DNA of 64,000 nt, from the NCBI GenBank assembly GCA_963612025.1, contig CAVDUB010000008.1, positions 4,602 through 68,601 of the forward strand. The letters are read 5' to 3'. The DNA is from a bacterium (GTDB lineage: Bacteria > Bacillota_I > Bacilli_A > RFN20 > CAG-288). The notes below the pieces were generated by a model. That model was not told where the DNA came from. It worked only from the letters and a program-made list of their open reading frames with translations, and did not search any database. Shown one piece after another: positions 19,828-29,307 of this stretch; position 1 is the stretch's first letter; every line of letters starts with the position of its first letter. The position numbers were made by a program, and so were the translations under genes.

Positions 19828-20579
19828 TACCTCTTTATCAAACGAATCATTCCTTCCAGACAGAGATCTTCAACGTATTGGAAATCCGGCATATGGAATT
19901 CTTTCAGGATATCCTTGATGAAGATAGCATACCCTCCTGTGAGGAAGATTGTCGCATTTTTCAGATGATATTCCTCAAGAATTCGATTTGTCATTCCCGA
20001 GACCAGACTGGCCATTCCATAAATTGTTCCGGATGACATGCATTCATCCGTCTTCAGGGAAACAAGGGGAGGATTTTCTTTTAGATCCGTCTCCTTGAGC
20101 AGATCAGTTTCTTGATTCATCATCTTCATGAACATTTGGATATCTGGAAAAATGGATGCACCATGAAAGACCTTCTTTTCATCTAGATAAAGGATTTTTC
20201 CCACAGTCCCGAGATCGACGATGATCTGTGGCGCTTCTTTTCTTGCAATAATATCCAAGAAGAGATCGCTTCCGAGATAGGCTGTGTTATTGATGGTGTA
20301 GCCATATTTCTTTGCATACTCATCCATGAAACAGGAATCAATGATTTCATAGGGGATCTCCTTTTTCTTGATTTCCTCAAGAAGAAGAGAGAGACCTTTT
20401 TGATTGACGGATGATATGAGACATCGTTTTGTGTCATGAAGATTTGTGGAAAGGAATTCGAGAATCGAATCTCTTTCATGAATCTTGATTTTCTTGATTC
20501 CGGAAAGAGTCTCCATTTCATAGAAGGCAAAATCGATGGATGTGTTTCCGATATCGGCAAGCAGAATTTTTTCTTTCAT
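19827..20579 (-). CDS. coaX: Type III pantothenate kinase
   Basis: The track ORF runs up to 20729 and would overlap comEC. I start at ATG 20579 (MKEKILLADIGNTSIDFAF), which is the canonical CoaX N-terminus with the DIGNT motif. Confidence 0.85.
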   Translation of the reverse strand: MKEKILLADIGNTSIDFAFYEMETLSGIKKIKIHERDSILEFLSTNLHDTKRCLISSVNQKGLSLLLEEIKKKEIPYEIIDSCFMDEYAKKYGYTINNTAYLGSDLFLDIIARKEAPQIIVDLGTVGKILYLDEKKVFHGASIFPDIQMFMKMMNQETDLLKETDLKENPPLVSLKTDECMSSGTIYGMASLVSGMTNRILEEYHLKNATIFLTGGYAIFIKDILKEFHMPDFQYVEDLCLEGMIRLIKR

Positions 20580-20588
20580 AGCAAAACA

Positions 20589-20617
20589 ATTATAAATGCA
20601 ATTCTTTTCATTTACAA
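20589..20617 (-). promoter_or_regulatory. Putative sigma-A promoter directly abutting the coaX start
   Basis: On the minus strand: TTGTAA (20617-12), a 17-nt spacer, TATAAT (20594-89), then only 9 nt (tgttttgct) before the ATG, with no SD. Confidence 0.5.
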
Positions 20618-20697
20618 ACAAGACGATTGCCTTTTGCTGAGAATCATTGAATTTCATCTTCTTTTTCACGCAAAAAGGATGAAATCTTCCTTCTTGA

Positions 20698-22707
20698 TCA
20701 AGGATGATAGGAATATGTACCGACTTCATCGGTTCTTATGTAGGGAATCTTGAGAGATTCCAAAGTGGTGATCGTCTCTTTGTGTGGATGCTTGTAGCGA
20801 TTGTTTTCTCCGCAGGAAATGATGGCCAAGGAAGGACATACCTGACTTAGAAATTCCTTTGAGGAAGAAGTGTTCGATCCATGATGTCCGATTTTGATGA
20901 CATCGCAGCGCAATTCCGGATGGTCTTTGATGATTCTGTATTCGACTTCCTTTGGGGCATCTCCCATGATCAAAAATGTTTTCTTGTTGAGGGTGAACTG
21001 ATAGACACCGGAATTGAGGTTGTTGTCACTTCTGTCCCCGTAACTTCCATAGAGGTTGTAATCTTTGATCAAAAGTCCATGGAAATCGAGCGTATTATTC
21101 TCCATGAGAAGGAAATCGTCCTGGGTATAGGTGTTATCGACGGTGAAATGATTTTTCAGGGATTCGAGTGCTCCGTTATGATCATAATCCGGATGCGTGA
21201 TGATGACCATGTCTAGTTTTCGAATCTTCTTTTTTTCAAGATAGGGAATCAGACATTCCTGTGCAAGATCGATTTGGATATTTCCTCCAGTATCAATCAG
21301 AAAATTATAGTTTTTATAGCGTATGAGGGTGCTATCTCCTTGTCCAACATCTAGGAAAGTGACGCTGTTATGGGGAAAAATGTCGGGAAGAAACGAGGAA
21401 AGAAAGACGATACAGAGACAAATTGAACTGACTTTCTTATATTTATCAAAATGATATTGTCGAAAGAGGAAAATACCAGTAAAGAAAGCATAATAGAGAA
21501 TCAAAAAGAAAACACTTGGTGTTCCTACAATCATATAAAAAGGAACCACTGCAATCATATCGGAAAGAGAGAAGAGAGCGAAAAGAATCTGGTCAAGAAT
21601 GAGGCCAAGCTGAGGGACGAGAAAAAGAAGAAAGGAAAATAAAAATAGGATATGACTGACAGGAATGAATAAAAGACTGAGCAAGGGTGAAAGAAGATGA
21701 AATCTTGGACTTTGCATCATTCGATAAGGAAGAAAGAAAAGAAAAATGAGGATTGGAAAGAACTTTTTCTCTTTCTTGCCTTTTTCCTGGAAGATGGCAA
21801 GAAAAAACAAAAGAGGAAAAGGATAATAGAAGGCACCGTTGAGAAGGGAATAGGGTTCGAAGAACAAAAGAAGGAATGCACTGATGGATACTCTCTCCAG
21901 ATAGAGAAGGCTCCATTTCTTTTTTCGGTTCAGATAGGAAAGAAGATGCATCAGGAAAATTCTTCGGATGGAATATTTCCATCCGGAGAGAAAAAGAAGA
22001 AGAAAAAGAAAGGGGAATTCGAAATAGAAGAATTTCTTTTTCTGTTCTTCCTTTAAAAAGAACTGAATGGAAGAGAAGAGAAATGAAATGTGAAAACCGG
22101 ATAAGGAGAGAGCAGAGAGGACTCCAAGTGCATCAAAATTCTTGCGAACACTTAGATTTGAAATGGAATCGCCACAGAGAAGAGAAGAAAAGAAAATTCT
22201 TCCATCTTCTGATAGATAATGAAAAAGGTAATTTTTCAAAGGTATATTGGAAATGGGGTTTTTAAAATAGATAGACGAACTTTTCTTCTTGAATTCATAG
22301 AATACGCCTTTTGTCTTCAGATATTCCCTGAAATTGAAAATGGATTCGTAATGAGTGATGGATATCTTCTGAACGGATCCTTCCACGTGGATGAAATCGA
22401 AGAGGGAAAATGTGCCTTCCTTGTCGGAAAGATAATATTTTCCATGCCAGGATAAGACAAGACAATACGTGTCTTTTCTTTCGACGACGATGCCAGTGAG
22501 TGTGTCGGCATTGAGGTTTCCTTTTGGAAAAAGGCAGACAAGAAGAAAACCGAGCAAGGTGAAAAAAAGAAAAAGAGATGACTTCTTTTCCTTCCTATAG
22601 AACAAGAGATAGGAAAAGGGGAGAAGTATAAGCAATAGAAGAAATGGAGAAAAAAGAGAAGAAAGCAAACCGATCAAGAAGAAAAGGAATGCAAAAAAGA
22701 AGAACAT
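20698..22707 (-). CDS. comEC: DNA internalization competence protein ComEC/Rec2
   Basis: 669 aa. A polytopic Phe/Leu-rich N-terminal region is followed by a C-terminal metallo-beta-lactamase domain (VGQGDSTLI, HPDYDHNG, GHHGS). Confidence 0.9.
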   Translation of the reverse strand: MFFFFAFLFFLIGLLSSLFSPFLLLLILLPFSYLLFYRKEKKSSLFLFFTLLGFLLVCLFPKGNLNADTLTGIVVERKDTYCLVLSWHGKYYLSDKEGTFSLFDFIHVEGSVQKISITHYESIFNFREYLKTKGVFYEFKKKSSSIYFKNPISNIPLKNYLFHYLSEDGRIFFSSLLCGDSISNLSVRKNFDALGVLSALSLSGFHISFLFSSIQFFLKEEQKKKFFYFEFPFLFLLLFLSGWKYSIRRIFLMHLLSYLNRKKKWSLLYLERVSISAFLLLFFEPYSLLNGAFYYPFPLLFFLAIFQEKGKKEKKFFPILIFLFFLPYRMMQSPRFHLLSPLLSLLFIPVSHILFLFSFLLFLVPQLGLILDQILFALFSLSDMIAVVPFYMIVGTPSVFFLILYYAFFTGIFLFRQYHFDKYKKVSSICLCIVFLSSFLPDIFPHNSVTFLDVGQGDSTLIRYKNYNFLIDTGGNIQIDLAQECLIPYLEKKKIRKLDMVIITHPDYDHNGALESLKNHFTVDNTYTQDDFLLMENNTLDFHGLLIKDYNLYGSYGDRSDNNLNSGVYQFTLNKKTFLIMGDAPKEVEYRIIKDHPELRCDVIKIGHHGSNTSSSKEFLSQVCPSLAIISCGENNRYKHPHKETITTLESLKIPYIRTDEVGTYSYHP

Positions 22708-23258
22708 CAGGAAATGCAGATTTTGTTTTTGACTTTATTGAAGGTGCTTGCACCGATTCCGGAGACATTGAGAATATCCTCGATGGCTCCGAAGGCGCCA
22801 TTATCATTTCTATAAGAAATGAGGTTCGCAGCCTGGCTTTCCTTCAGTCCGACGCTGACCAATTCTTCCTTGTCTGCCTTGTTGATGTTGGTTTTCTTGG
22901 AATTCGTTTCCACGCAGACGCCGCTATCGACTAATAAAGGAGCGATATAGAAGGATGTTCTTGTGCTGATGACGAGAGAAGTATTGTAGGCTGTGGTATC
23001 CGCACTTGTGGTGACACCACCGGCCAAAGCAATCAAGTCCCCAAGCGTCTCTTCTGGATTGATGTAGTAGGAACCGGGATGGTTGATCTCTCCGGAGATG
23101 GAAACGTTGACCGTATTCTTATCGGATTGTGTTTCTGTTGTGGCATAGCCGTTGACAGATGTCTTTGAACTGTTCCCAGATACCACATTGTTGACTGCAG
23201 CCAAAGAAAAAAGACCGACGACCGTAACAATGATGCCAATGATGATAGTTTTAAGCAT
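22707..23258 (-). CDS. comEA: ComEA family DNA-binding competence protein
   Basis: 183 aa with an N-terminal TM anchor and a C-terminal helix-hairpin-helix (NINKADKEELVSV...ILNVSGIGASTFNKV). Its stop abuts the comEC start. Confidence 0.88.
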   Translation of the reverse strand: MLKTIIIGIIVTVVGLFSLAAVNNVVSGNSSKTSVNGYATTETQSDKNTVNVSISGEINHPGSYYINPEETLGDLIALAGGVTTSADTTAYNTSLVISTRTSFYIAPLLVDSGVCVETNSKKTNINKADKEELVSVGLKESQAANLISYRNDNGAFGAIEDILNVSGIGASTFNKVKNKICIS

Positions 23259-23333
23259 TTTGATTGCCTCCTATATAGGTATTGTCTATTTCGGAGGCAA
23301 AGTTACGATTTTCGGTCTAAATAATTTTGGTTT

Positions 23334-23810
23334 TTACTTGATGTCGATGATTTCGACCTGGTAAGGCTTCTTGGCGTTGACAGTGACGACGGATCCAATC
23401 TTCTTTCCGAGGATGGCCTGGGCAACCGGACAGGTATTGGAGATCTTCTTATTCATCGGATCGGCTTCAGAAGAACCGACGATGGAGAATTCATATTCAT
23501 CGCCTGTGTCAAGATTCTTGATGGTGATGGTGTAGCTACCCATGCGGACAGTCTTTGCGTCACCAGTGCCGATATCTTCATCGATGATTTCACTATGGTC
23601 AAGAGCATACTGAATACGAGCGATTTCAGCTTTGATGGCTTCGGTTTTCTCTCTTGCAGCATCGTAGTCGCTGTTTTCGGATAAGTCACCCTGCGATCTG
23701 GCGAAATTCAGTTCTTCGAAAGCTTTCGGCTGTTCAACTTCGACTAAGTTCTTTAATTTCTTTTCTAAATCTTCTTTTCCCTGTTTGGTTAAGACATTCT
23801 TTTCTGCCAT
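23334..23810 (-). CDS. greA: Transcription elongation factor GreA
   Basis: 158 aa with a coiled-coil N-terminus carrying DLSENSDYDAA and a C-terminal FKBP-like domain. An extended -10 (TGaTATAAT, revcomp of 23858-23866) lies upstream. Confidence 0.93.
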   Translation of the reverse strand: MAEKNVLTKQGKEDLEKKLKNLVEVEQPKAFEELNFARSQGDLSENSDYDAAREKTEAIKAEIARIQYALDHSEIIDEDIGTGDAKTVRMGSYTITIKNLDTGDEYEFSIVGSSEADPMNKKISNTCPVAQAILGKKIGSVVTVNAKKPYQVEIIDIK

Positions 23811-23997
23811 ATTCTTTCTCCTTGCATTTCATCTTGTCATATAAAATAGCATTTGTGATTATATCAAAAATAAATTCTACTTTGTTAACTTTTGTTTGCA
23901 GTCTGTACAATTCTTTCTTGAAAACGGTCTTTTTTAAGCATGAATCACGTTGTAGATGAAAAAAACGATCTTTTTTGGCAATCCGAAAGCCGTCAAT

Positions 23998-24591
23998 TTA
24001 TAGATTTTGACATGCTTCTTTTGATTCCTTGCATGTAGGTTTTGTCACGGGTTTGGTCTTTTTGAATTTCACCAATCCTGCCTTGTCGAGGGCAAACATC
24101 AATGCGGGAATCAGAACGAGCTGAAGGATGATGCCCGGGAAGGCATTTAAGAAAGCGCCGGCGAAGAAAGCCTGCCAAGTGAAGGTGTTTCCGGCAAAGC
24201 CGAGAAGTACGACCTCGGCAAGACCCCAGACGATGCGGCCGGCAATCATGGAAACAAGCATCGAACTATAAAGAGCGACAACGCCTTGCTTTTTGAAGCG
24301 ACTATAAAGGAAACCGGCGACAAAACCATAGGTTGCCAATTCGAAACACATGGCTGTCGCAGTGGGATAAAGCGGAGGCATTCCAAAAATCAGAGAACGC
24401 ATCAAGGGGACAAGGGCACCGATGAAAAGCCCGTATTGCCATCCACAGATCAGTCCACATAAAAAGACAGGGATGTGCATCGGAAGAAGCATGCTTCCAA
24501 TCTGTGGGATTTGGCCTGTCAGAAAGGGTAGGAAAAGTCCCATGGCCAAAAACATGGCCGAAAGTGTCAGTTTTTTTGTCTGCGTTCGCAT
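23998..24591 (-). CDS. ECF transporter S component (substrate not assignable)
   Basis: 197 aa, about 6 TM helices, with the sequence style of the S-component family (LSAMFLAMGLFLPFLTGQIP...LPMHIPVFLCG). No ecfA/ecfT genes are adjacent. Confidence 0.6.
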   Translation of the reverse strand: MRTQTKKLTLSAMFLAMGLFLPFLTGQIPQIGSMLLPMHIPVFLCGLICGWQYGLFIGALVPLMRSLIFGMPPLYPTATAMCFELATYGFVAGFLYSRFKKQGVVALYSSMLVSMIAGRIVWGLAEVVLLGFAGNTFTWQAFFAGAFLNAFPGIILQLVLIPALMFALDKAGLVKFKKTKPVTKPTCKESKEACQNL

Positions 24592-24821
24592 TCTATACCT
24601 CGTTCTTCATCAAAGAGGAAACAGTGTATTCGGGTTTTGTCATTCTCTTGGTCATCAAAAAGAAGAAATTTCTGTTTCGTCCTATTTCATAGATGATTTT
24701 CTATAAACCTACATATATTACATTATTTTTCTTACTTTGTAACCCGTTTTTATTGAAGATGAGTCACATTTTTTTGATTTTTCTTCATGATGGTTGCTTC
24801 TTTTTCTTAAATTGATTTATC

Positions 24822-24858
24822 AGAAAAAGAGGTCGACAAGCAATGCTTGTGGACCTCT
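24822..24858 (-). terminator. Terminator after the GH3 gene
   Basis: AGAGGTCGACAAGC-aat-GCTTGTGGACCTCT hairpin is followed on the minus strand by a T-run, 16 nt after the GH3 stop. Confidence 0.8.
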
Positions 24859-24873
24859 ATGAAAAGGAAAAGA

Positions 24874-27852
24874 TTATTCGGATTTGACTTCTTTGGCATC
24901 ATTATTCTTCTTTGGGAAGAAGAAATGCTTTGTGACAAAGAATGCACAGACAGCAATGCCGACATAAAAGACAATAAGAAGGATGGTCAGCCAAACTCTC
25001 CATGCCGGTGTGACGGAGACAACTTTCGAAGACTGGGAGATGCCATTCATGGCAGCCGTATTGACAGTGGTATAGAGGATTCGATGACAGGCAAGCCTTA
25101 CGCGGCTCATGACATAGGCGTTATCCTGATAATTGGCGGATATATCGTCGGCTTTGGCATTGGTGGCAAGCTGCATATCTAGACCGTTGAGCACGCCTTG
25201 CAAGGAGGATTGATAGACAGGTGTTCCGACATAATCAGAAAGAACAAAGTTCTGATAGCCCCATTCTTGTCGGAGTACATCCTCTAAAAGATTATAGGAA
25301 CCGCCAGCCCAAATGGCGCCGATACGGTTATGGGATTCCATGATGCCGTTTGTTTTTCCAATCTTGACAGCCAATTCGAATGGACGAAGATAGATTTCAC
25401 GGATGGCCTGCTCAGAGGAGAAGGTGGCAAGGCCTTTTCTGTTGGTATCCTGATCGTTCACGGCAAAGTGCTTGGCATAGGTGATGAGACCTTTGCTTCT
25501 TGCACCCTGAATTTCCGCCGAGGCAATTATGCCGGATAGGAATGGATCCTCGGAGAAATACTCGAAACTTCTTCCTGTGAAGGGCGTGCGATGGATGTTC
25601 ATAGCAGGACCATACCAGCCCGTGACACCTAAGGCAAGTCCGTCATTTCCGATGGCGACGCCGATTCTCTTGACGAGTTCTGTGTTCCATGTTGCAGCCA
25701 GGACGACTTCGGAAGTATAGGCCATTGCGGATTTGTTGGTTCCACCGACCAAGGTCGAAGAGATGCCTTGCGGGCCATCTTTGTCGGTCGTCCCAGGATA
25801 GGCGATGGAGGAGACGGCTTGTGTCTTGTATCCGCCTAAGGTGACCAACTTGATGGCTTCTTCTTTTGTGAGGTTATCCAAGATGGTGTTCCAGTTTTCG
25901 TCGTCATAACTTGCGCCTTTCATGGTGATGAGGGTGGCACCATTGTTGGCGCCGAAAGTTGGCATGGTGTATTTTGTGATATCCGTATTTTTGATGTCGT
26001 CGACACCATTCTTCTTCAAATCGGCTTTGAGCTCTTCGGTTGCTGTCAAAACAACATTTGTGGTTGGAAGAGTGTCCTTCCAGTTGCTTCGGGTGACATA
26101 TTTGATGGTGTCTCCGAAATAATGGGTGATTTCTGCATTTTCGAAATGATTGGTGATTTCATTCTGACTTGTCGCATCCTTGGAGAATTTCTTGAAGTCC
26201 TGACTGAGAGAAATCTTGTAGGAAAGTTCCTTTTTTCCATCGTCTGTCATGCCATCGCCTTTTCCATAGCCTTTCTTGGCAAGGATATTATTTAAAGCGT
26301 CATGGGCATTTTCGCCTACGGCAAGATAATAGTCGCCGCCGTCCTGAATATAGGTCTTCTGGCCCTTGGCATCATAGCTGCGGAATTCCTCGTCATCGAT
26401 GGTCATGGTAAGGGTTTCTTCTTCCCCGGCCTTCAAGGATTTTGTCTTTGCAAACCCCGCGAGTTGCACAGCAGATTTTTCGATACCGTATTTCTTGTCA
26501 TATTCAGTGTAAGGCTGCTGGAGATAGACCTGAACAGGTGTTTTTCCTTCCTTATCTCCGGTGTTCTTGACGGTGATTGATACTTCATAGTCACCATTTT
26601 TTGTGTTGACCTTCATGTTGGAATATTCGAAAGTTGTGTAGGACTTGCCATATCCGAACGGGTAGGTGACTGCCTTACTATATTCATAGTCTCCAACATT
26701 CGATGTGCCGATAACGGTATCTTCATATCTCGTTTCATAATAACGATAGCCGACATAGATACTCTCTTGATAGACGACGTAGTTCTTCGCTGTCCATTGA
26801 GTCGATCCGAAATAGGGCTCATTGATGTCGTTGAGATCCTCTGCGTTTGTATAAGAGAAATTTCCGAAGTTCTTGCTCGCCGGCGCGGACGTCGAAACAC
26901 TTGCATAGGTGTCGACAAGTCTGCCTGATGGGTTGTATTCGCCTTTGAGTGTCTTTGCGATGGCATTCATGCCTGTTGTTCCGACGCTACCGACCCAGAC
27001 GGCACCTTTGATTTTCGAATAGTCCTTCATCCACCCGAGTTCCATCGAATTGGATGAGTTGATGATGATAATGATCTTATCGAAGGCTGAAGAGGATTGG
27101 ATGGCCTGAAGCAGATCTTTTTCATTCTGTGAAAGAGCAAGGTAGCCATTGGCATTCTCATCCGTAGACATTGAAAGGTCTGAGCCTTCTCCTCCGGATC
27201 GGCCGATGAAGACGACAGCGGCATCGCCATAGTTTGCGTAGCTTTCCTTGACTTCGGCGGTATATTCGCTCTGAGGTGCTTCGTTGACCTTGTATTGGAC
27301 GCCGGCATTTCCTTCGATAGAAGCAGATGTGCGGATATATTTTGAATTCTTTGTGTCAATTTTTCCATTTTCATTGTAGGAAAGGAAACTGCTATAGAAA
27401 TTCCATAGCGTTGGATTGACTTCATATCCTGCGCTTTCGAAGGCAATCTTGGCTGTTGCGGCTTTGGATGTGTCGATGGAACCGGAGCCAGTTCCACCAT
27501 AAACCGGATTGACGCTCGTCATGCCAAATAAGGAAATCTTCTTTACCGAAGAAGAAAACGGCAATGTTCCATCATTCTCTAAAAGAGTAAGACCTTCCAT
27601 TTCAGCTTCTTCACAGAGTTTTCGACCTTCTTTTTCGCGTTCTTCATCGGATATGTAATCCTGCTTGAAGTATTGCGTATCTTCATTTTTAGCATTCTCG
27701 TTTGTGACGATTTTGCTTTCCGGCTGCTGAAGGGTTGTGGAAATGATAGAGTGCCACTGATTGGCGATGGAATTTCCGACACCCAGGCCGACGGCCAAGG
27801 CGGAGAGTCCTAAGTACCAGCAAGTAGCACCAACGATTTTTTTGGTTTTCAT
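24874..27852 (-). CDS. Glycoside hydrolase family 3 (beta-glucosidase/-xylosidase-like), secreted and C-terminally membrane-anchored
   Basis: 992 aa. An N-terminal signal/anchor (MKTKKIVGATCWYLGLSALAVGLG) precedes the GH3 motifs KHFAVNDQD and NFVLSDYVG. The C-terminus has one TM helix (WLTILLIVFYVGIAVCAFFV) plus a basic tail. A GGAGG SD is present. Confidence 0.88.
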   Translation of the reverse strand: MKTKKIVGATCWYLGLSALAVGLGVGNSIANQWHSIISTTLQQPESKIVTNENAKNEDTQYFKQDYISDEEREKEGRKLCEEAEMEGLTLLENDGTLPFSSSVKKISLFGMTSVNPVYGGTGSGSIDTSKAATAKIAFESAGYEVNPTLWNFYSSFLSYNENGKIDTKNSKYIRTSASIEGNAGVQYKVNEAPQSEYTAEVKESYANYGDAAVVFIGRSGGEGSDLSMSTDENANGYLALSQNEKDLLQAIQSSSAFDKIIIIINSSNSMELGWMKDYSKIKGAVWVGSVGTTGMNAIAKTLKGEYNPSGRLVDTYASVSTSAPASKNFGNFSYTNAEDLNDINEPYFGSTQWTAKNYVVYQESIYVGYRYYETRYEDTVIGTSNVGDYEYSKAVTYPFGYGKSYTTFEYSNMKVNTKNGDYEVSITVKNTGDKEGKTPVQVYLQQPYTEYDKKYGIEKSAVQLAGFAKTKSLKAGEEETLTMTIDDEEFRSYDAKGQKTYIQDGGDYYLAVGENAHDALNNILAKKGYGKGDGMTDDGKKELSYKISLSQDFKKFSKDATSQNEITNHFENAEITHYFGDTIKYVTRSNWKDTLPTTNVVLTATEELKADLKKNGVDDIKNTDITKYTMPTFGANNGATLITMKGASYDDENWNTILDNLTKEEAIKLVTLGGYKTQAVSSIAYPGTTDKDGPQGISSTLVGGTNKSAMAYTSEVVLAATWNTELVKRIGVAIGNDGLALGVTGWYGPAMNIHRTPFTGRSFEYFSEDPFLSGIIASAEIQGARSKGLITYAKHFAVNDQDTNRKGLATFSSEQAIREIYLRPFELAVKIGKTNGIMESHNRIGAIWAGGSYNLLEDVLRQEWGYQNFVLSDYVGTPVYQSSLQGVLNGLDMQLATNAKADDISANYQDNAYVMSRVRLACHRILYTTVNTAAMNGISQSSKVVSVTPAWRVWLTILLIVFYVGIAVCAFFVTKHFFFPKKNNDAKEVKSE

Positions 27853-27879
27853 TGCATGTGTCCTCCTGAAAACGCATAC

Positions 27880-27908
27880 ATCGTAAAATGAAAGCGTTTT
27901 AGTCTCAA
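27880..27908 (-). promoter_or_regulatory. Putative sigma-A promoter of the GH3 gene
   Basis: On the minus strand: TTGAGA (27908-03), a 17-nt spacer, then TACGAT (27885-80). It lies downstream of the phased direct repeat. Confidence 0.45.
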
Positions 27909-27919
27909 TATTGAATCCC

Positions 27920-27950
27920 TATCCTGTCGAGGAGAAGACTTACCCTGTCG
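27920..27950 (-). repeat. Direct repeat TAYCCTGTCG x2 with 21-bp phasing (candidate LytTR-regulator binding site)
   Basis: TATCCTGTCG at 27920-27929 and TACCCTGTCG at 27941-27950. The pair sits between the histidine-kinase stop and the putative -35 of the GH3 gene. Confidence 0.5.
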
Positions 27951-27981
27951 GTTTCCATATAAAAAACCGAGAAAGAAATTC

Positions 27982-29307
27982 TTACTCGGTCTGTTTTTCC
28001 TCTGTTGTAATCGGGAACAGGATATCAAGATTGAAAATGCCATCTTCTTCTGAAAGGGTCATATTCCCGTTGTACTTCTTTGAAAGATAGAGTATGGATT
28101 TCAGTCCGATTCCATGATAGTCCTTGTTTTCCTTTGTCGTGAGGGGCAATCCGTTTTGAAGTTTCAATTCTCCATCAAAAGCGTTGGCTTCATGAATCGA
28201 AAGGAATTGGTTTTTCTTTTTGATTGTGAGATAGATGATTCGTTTTTCTTTTTCGGGAATTTTGAGAAGCGCTTCGATAGCATTGTCGAGGATATTTCCC
28301 ATCATTGTGTAGAGATCGACATCATCGATGAAGGATAGCGGTTCATCCTCGACCATGTAGTTGATCTTGATATTATGCTTTTCACAATAGAGAGCTTTCT
28401 TTGTCAGAACGATATTAAGTGGTTCGCTTTTGCTTTGGCAGACAAGATCATAGTTCATGATTTCTTTTTCTATTTCGGCAATATGGCTATCCTGCTCTCT
28501 TCCTGGAAGCGATTTGAGTGCTTCGAGTTGATGTTTCAGATCATGGGCTTTCATATTGATGAGGTCAATGTTCTTTTTGGAAAAAATCATATCCTCTTGC
28601 TTTTCATGAAGCATCTTCGTCATTTCTTCTTTTTCTCTCTTTGATTTCGATTGCTCATAAATGCCAAAAAGAAGAATGAGAATCAATGAGTCCGTGACGG
28701 ATGTGGTGATTCTTAGCGAAATATTGTTTCTTGAATACAGGTCATTATAGTTGGATAGGAAACAGAAAAGAAAGACAGTCACAACAGAAATTCCGATGAT
28801 GAAGAGGTTATTTGTGTTGATGTGTTGTCCTTTTTTCATTCTTCTGACAAAGAACCAATAGTCGAAGAAGAGAATGGGAAAGAGCATAGAGGTGGATAGA
28901 ATGTAGTAGGTCAGTCCGGAACCGATTGGAAGAGAAAAGATAGAGCAGATTAGAAAAATGATTCGCTTCATCAGATGCTGCATTGTATAGGACGCAGAAG
29001 AAAAAAAGAAAGTTTCATGGATACTGAAACGGAAGAGAAAGAATAGAAGAATCCAGTCGAGCAGATAGAAGAGGATCCAGGAAAGATTGATCCATTCTCC
29101 AACCTGAAGATAACTCCAATAATAGATATTCTCTCCTTCCGCCCGTGGGAGAAGGTATGGGAGAGAAAGGAAAAGAGCACTCGAGAAAATGTAGCGAATC
29201 CTGAAATAGCTTCTTTTTTCGCAGCAGAAGAGAAAGAGGGTGGAACAGAGCCACATTTCGACATGAAAACGTCCGAAGAATCTTAGACAGGAAATGAAAA
29301 AATCCAT
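27982..29307 (-). CDS. Sensor histidine kinase, AgrC/ComD-like (polytopic sensor + GHKL ATPase)
   Basis: I start at ATG 29307 (MDFFISCLRFF...); the track ORF reads further up into the RR gene. Multiple N-terminal TM helices precede the H-box MKAHDLKHQLEAL and the GHKL motifs (MGNILDNAIEA, YHGIGLKSI). The start shares 1 nt with the RR stop. Confidence 0.85.
   Translation of the reverse strand: MDFFISCLRFFGRFHVEMWLCSTLFLFCCEKRSYFRIRYIFSSALFLSLPYLLPRAEGENIYYWSYLQVGEWINLSWILFYLLDWILLFFLFRFSIHETFFFSSASYTMQHLMKRIIFLICSIFSLPIGSGLTYYILSTSMLFPILFFDYWFFVRRMKKGQHINTNNLFIIGISVVTVFLFCFLSNYNDLYSRNNISLRITTSVTDSLILILLFGIYEQSKSKREKEEMTKMLHEKQEDMIFSKKNIDLINMKAHDLKHQLEALKSLPGREQDSHIAEIEKEIMNYDLVCQSKSEPLNIVLTKKALYCEKHNIKINYMVEDEPLSFIDDVDLYTMMGNILDNAIEALLKIPEKEKRIIYLTIKKKNQFLSIHEANAFDGELKLQNGLPLTTKENKDYHGIGLKSILYLSKKYNGNMTLSEEDGIFNLDILFPITTEEKQTE

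Noticed and set aside
21400-22700. Purine-rich, repetitive-looking AAGA/GAAA tracts on the plus strand that looked like a tandem-repeat region.
   Set aside because: They are the complement of TTC/CTT/TTT codons of the Phe/Leu-rich polytopic ComEC membrane domain. There is no true periodic repeat unit.
24592-24820. A long (~230 nt) region upstream of the ECF S-component gene that could host a riboswitch. A TTACAA-16-TAATAT promoter lies ~120 nt from the ATG, and a GAAACAG...CTGTTTC long-range pairing is present.
   Set aside because: I could not match it to any riboswitch class I know (THF, TPP, FMN, preQ1-I/II, cobalamin), and there is no intrinsic terminator or clear SD-sequestering helix. 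It is worth a cmscan, but no call is supported.
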